A stretch of 61,544 nt of DNA, counting the filler, from Asterionella formosa (taxonomy: Eukaryota): the NCBI GenBank assembly GCA_002256025.1. It is 5 parts of 5 records of this genome, joined end to end, with 100 filler letters (N's around TTAATTAATTAA, not from the genome) between each part and the next. Parts side by side here need not be neighbours in the genome. Positions count along the whole stretch, not along the records: positions 49,335 to 61,544 come from NKIB01007707.1; 4 more parts are not named here. One strand, 5' to 3'. Positions within the stretch are counted from its first letter, which is position 1. The number at the start of each line of letters is the position of its first letter. Of the stretch, positions 58,319-61,544 are shown one piece after another. Under the pieces are notes generated by a model. It was given only the letters and a program-made list of their open reading frames with translations, was not told where the DNA came from and made no database searches. Both the position numbers and the translations under genes were made by a program.

Positions 58319-61300
58319 TTGGGATCCCAATTATGAGATATACATACATTAACTTATTTCAAATCTTCATTTAACATTAAAATTGGTTTATTTTTTTGAT
58401 CATAAACCATGCCTAGACAAACATGTATGGCCTATAGATAGTACATACTTAACCCTTTGATTTATCTTTTACACCAAGCAGTAACTATTATTTTTACTGC
58501 AAATAAAAAGGGAAGTAATACAAATGCATTCATTGAATAGTAGTCGAAGACATTAGAAACAGATATTGGAATATGGGCAATGATGAATGACTTCCAGAGT
58601 TCCATTCTTCTACATAATGCTAGAATGACTAATGCAGACTCTATAGGCAGTGGGAACGCAACATTAGGTTTGTCAATATGTAAAAATCTCAAATGTAGCT
58701 ATTTGGAAGACGATATGTATATATCGACCTCCTCTATGAATGTATGACAGGACTCATTGTTAACCGAATTTCTTAAGCGCTTTAAGACTACTTTATATTT
58801 GGTAAAGGAGGCCGCTGAGCGCTTCCTGGAAAAGTAAGCCCGAATTTTGAAGAATCAAAACTCTCCCTGTATCAACCCAACACAAGTGGTGACTTTGGGT
58901 GCTAGTCTGCGGTGATATCATATGACAGGACTCAATAATAGATTTGCCTTGACTTTTCCTGGTCCATTGCCCACATGATGATCCGACCATGGATCGCACC
59001 ATTGGGTAATTTTCCTGTGAGTGTATTAAAATAAAGGGATCCAACTGAGGGAAATGGTTCCTGGGAAACGATTGGAGTGACATAATCATTCGTGACAGTA
59101 GCCTTGCTAGTGTACTATAAGATATAATTATTACTTTCATGATTCCATAACAATGGTTTGCGAGCAAGCAAGGGTCGCCCAGACAAAACTAAGTCTTGTA
59201 TTCTTCTTTAACCAGTAACCCATAAGTGATATTTACTGAGTCCCAAAGTGAAGATTAAACCTGACATACAGTTAAAATGATTTACAATCGCCAATGCCTT
59301 CTACATTGGCATTCATAAGCTAAATGACCAGAAAGCGTTGCTCATGATGGACCTTAAGGGCTCATGTCATCACCTTTGACCTTTCCAAGAAGATCAACTC
59401 AGCCATCCAAGCGAGCAAATATAGATTAACTACTCTGTTGATATACTCTGAACTTCCTTACGAATGATCGCCTAGATAGCAGTGTAGGAGGGAGGGGGGG
59501 GGGGGGGGGCAGCGCTTTGGCATTTTTGAATACCCCGCCAATCAAGGGCAAGGGAAAATCATTGACTATCAGCCGTAGCTGTACTGCCTATTATTGGCAT
59601 CTGACTACTACTAACGTATCAGTATTTTGTGCAAAAGCAAGCAAGCTACTAGGAGGCTCTACAGCTTGTTTTTAGATTTCTCTAAAAACTCAGATTTTGA
59701 GCTCCTAGTGCGAGGAGATTTCGGTTTGCTTTTATCATCAATATGAGAAAAGTTACTTGCATGGTGCTATTTGCTGGACGAAAAACAAGATCTTCATTTT
59801 GTGGCGAAGAGGAACATTGCTAGGTAAAAGGACGAGCTATATTACCACAAGCAAAGGAGAATTTTGAGTCCCAGTTTTTTGCAATGTACGATGCTACACA
59901 ACAACACCAAGTGTATAATAGGGTATTATATGCCGCCATACTGGCACGCCAAGGTAGGCTGTATAAAGATATTATGTTTTATAGCCCATTCATACTTCCC
60001 TATTTCTAGGCAAGTATTTCATTGTGCTACCACCTACTGACAAAACCTGTGCTTCCCTAGTTTTGTTAACAATGTAGGTGAGTTTCCAACCACCTTTCGC
60101 GAAAGGTGATCATCTTGCTTAGCCGAAGCATTAGGGGAAACTGTGACCGCCTAGGAAGGCGGCAAAAGCTGCTTGTAGGGGGCAACCCACTATTTCTTGC
60201 ACACCAGGCAAAGCCGTGCGGGACGGTACCTGGTAAGGAGTGTGGGAGTCGAGCACAACAGTGGCCATTGCTTCTCAAAATAATTGCAGGAATCGAACCT
60301 CACAAAATTCAGATCAAAGGCAACGTGCTAAACCACTTAGCCATCATTACCTCAAAGTAGGCTGTATAAATTGAATTTACAAAATAAAATGTTCACGAAT
60401 ATTATGGATTTATGGACGTTTTGTTGCTATTATTCGGATTTGTTTCTAATTCTTTTGCTCATATAGTACTAGTACGGTAATGAGGTAAGATGTAGAAGCA
60501 GAATTTATGCAGGTAACAAAATCTGCTTTCATGGGAGCAAAGGGTGAAGTACCATTAGCTATTAGCTTCCCAAAACTCAGTCTCGCTTTGCTTAGTTGCT
60601 GCAATATTCTTGAGCGAAATCAAGGGCGACAGCTTAAGCTTTGTGTTTGGTTTATACAATAATTTAATTACTGCTATCCATGACATAATGCTAATATAAC
60701 AATAATACTGTAGCTCCCTTTTAGCTTGCATTTGCAGCTATGCTTACAATGATACTGAAGGTTTTTGATCCCTACTATAATCATGTAAGTAGTGTACAGA
60801 GTAGACTAGACTACCGTTATTTCATAGGCATGATGAATAAAAATTATCAAATGCATAATAATTAATAATTCAATGTGAATATCATATAAGGCATATTTAT
60901 GCGCTGTCTATGCATATTCAGCCTTAAATGGAATTTCATTTATTCATGATTTAGTGGATTCAATGACGTCCGCAAATTGATACACATACGAGTTTATACC
61001 GCTGCATGTGTATATACAAAGTATATCAATGCAGTACGCAATGTATAAGTATGACACATGAATCGCTCACGGGTCTACAGCGACCGTTATTCACTGTCAA
61101 CTGCTAGTCCATGAATATATATTCTTCTGACTTTCGTCCATGTGATGTTCGTGATTATCTATGTAAATGTTCTATGCTTGACTAGGAATTTTTTTCATTT
61201 AAAACTCTGTGTTTTGTGAGACGGCGACCAAAAGTACCATGTGCATTTAATAATTGTTATTCATCATCATGCCTTTGAAATAACGGAAGTCTAGTGTACT

Positions 61301-61544
61301 CTGTACACTACTTACATGATTATAGTAGGGATCAAAAACAATATTTTCTGTTTGTCACAAATCTGGGACCAAAGCTACATGCCGCTTCTCCGTTGTATAC
61401 ACCAATTTATACTTGCATCTATCTTATAGATATTACTCAGCAAACCGGTTTACATAAACATCATGCCGATGACAATTTTCGTACTGCAATGATAACTGAT
61501 CATCTCCGGCATCACAAGCAAATCTGGGACCATAGATGAATTTT

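Noticed and set aside
58400..61544. Short ORFs and G-run (about 59488-59509) as a retroelement remnant or G-quadruplex
   Set aside because: No recognisable protein motif, and homopolymer length is unreliable; probably decayed repeat DNA.

Overview
This is eukaryotic nuclear DNA, almost certainly from a diatom. It carries a silicon transporter (SIT), bipartite plastid-targeting presequences, short GT-AG introns and a CoDi-like Copia gag. The window is not one locus. It consists of five scaffolds of about 12.2 kb (1-12248, 12349-24596, 24697-36919, 37020-49234, 49335-61544) joined by artificial 100-nt N/TTAATTAATTAA spacers, apparently in decreasing size order, so adjacency across spacers is meaningless. 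Housekeeping genes include DusA, a RING-H2 ligase, a ferredoxin-dependent bilin reductase, Prp43, M13 peptidase, ABC1 kinase, PDHX/E3BP-like, GH3, Vta1, Yippee, a Sir2-ZZ fusion, a methyltransferase, a glycosyltransferase, an F-box-like protein, RPN5, DUF1415 and TrhO-like rhodanese. Scaffold 2 is mostly decayed transposons. Its most striking feature is a Mutator(MULE)-type transposase split into two complementary halves on opposite strands, tail-to-tail, each with its own acidic N-terminal leader. Other notable items: a GGTACC/ACCGGT-rich intergenic motif found in all five scaffolds, a CLLD variant of the SIT CMLD motif, a catalytically dead E2 paralog, and a GC-AG intron. All protein calls come from motif recognition by eye; no searches were run.
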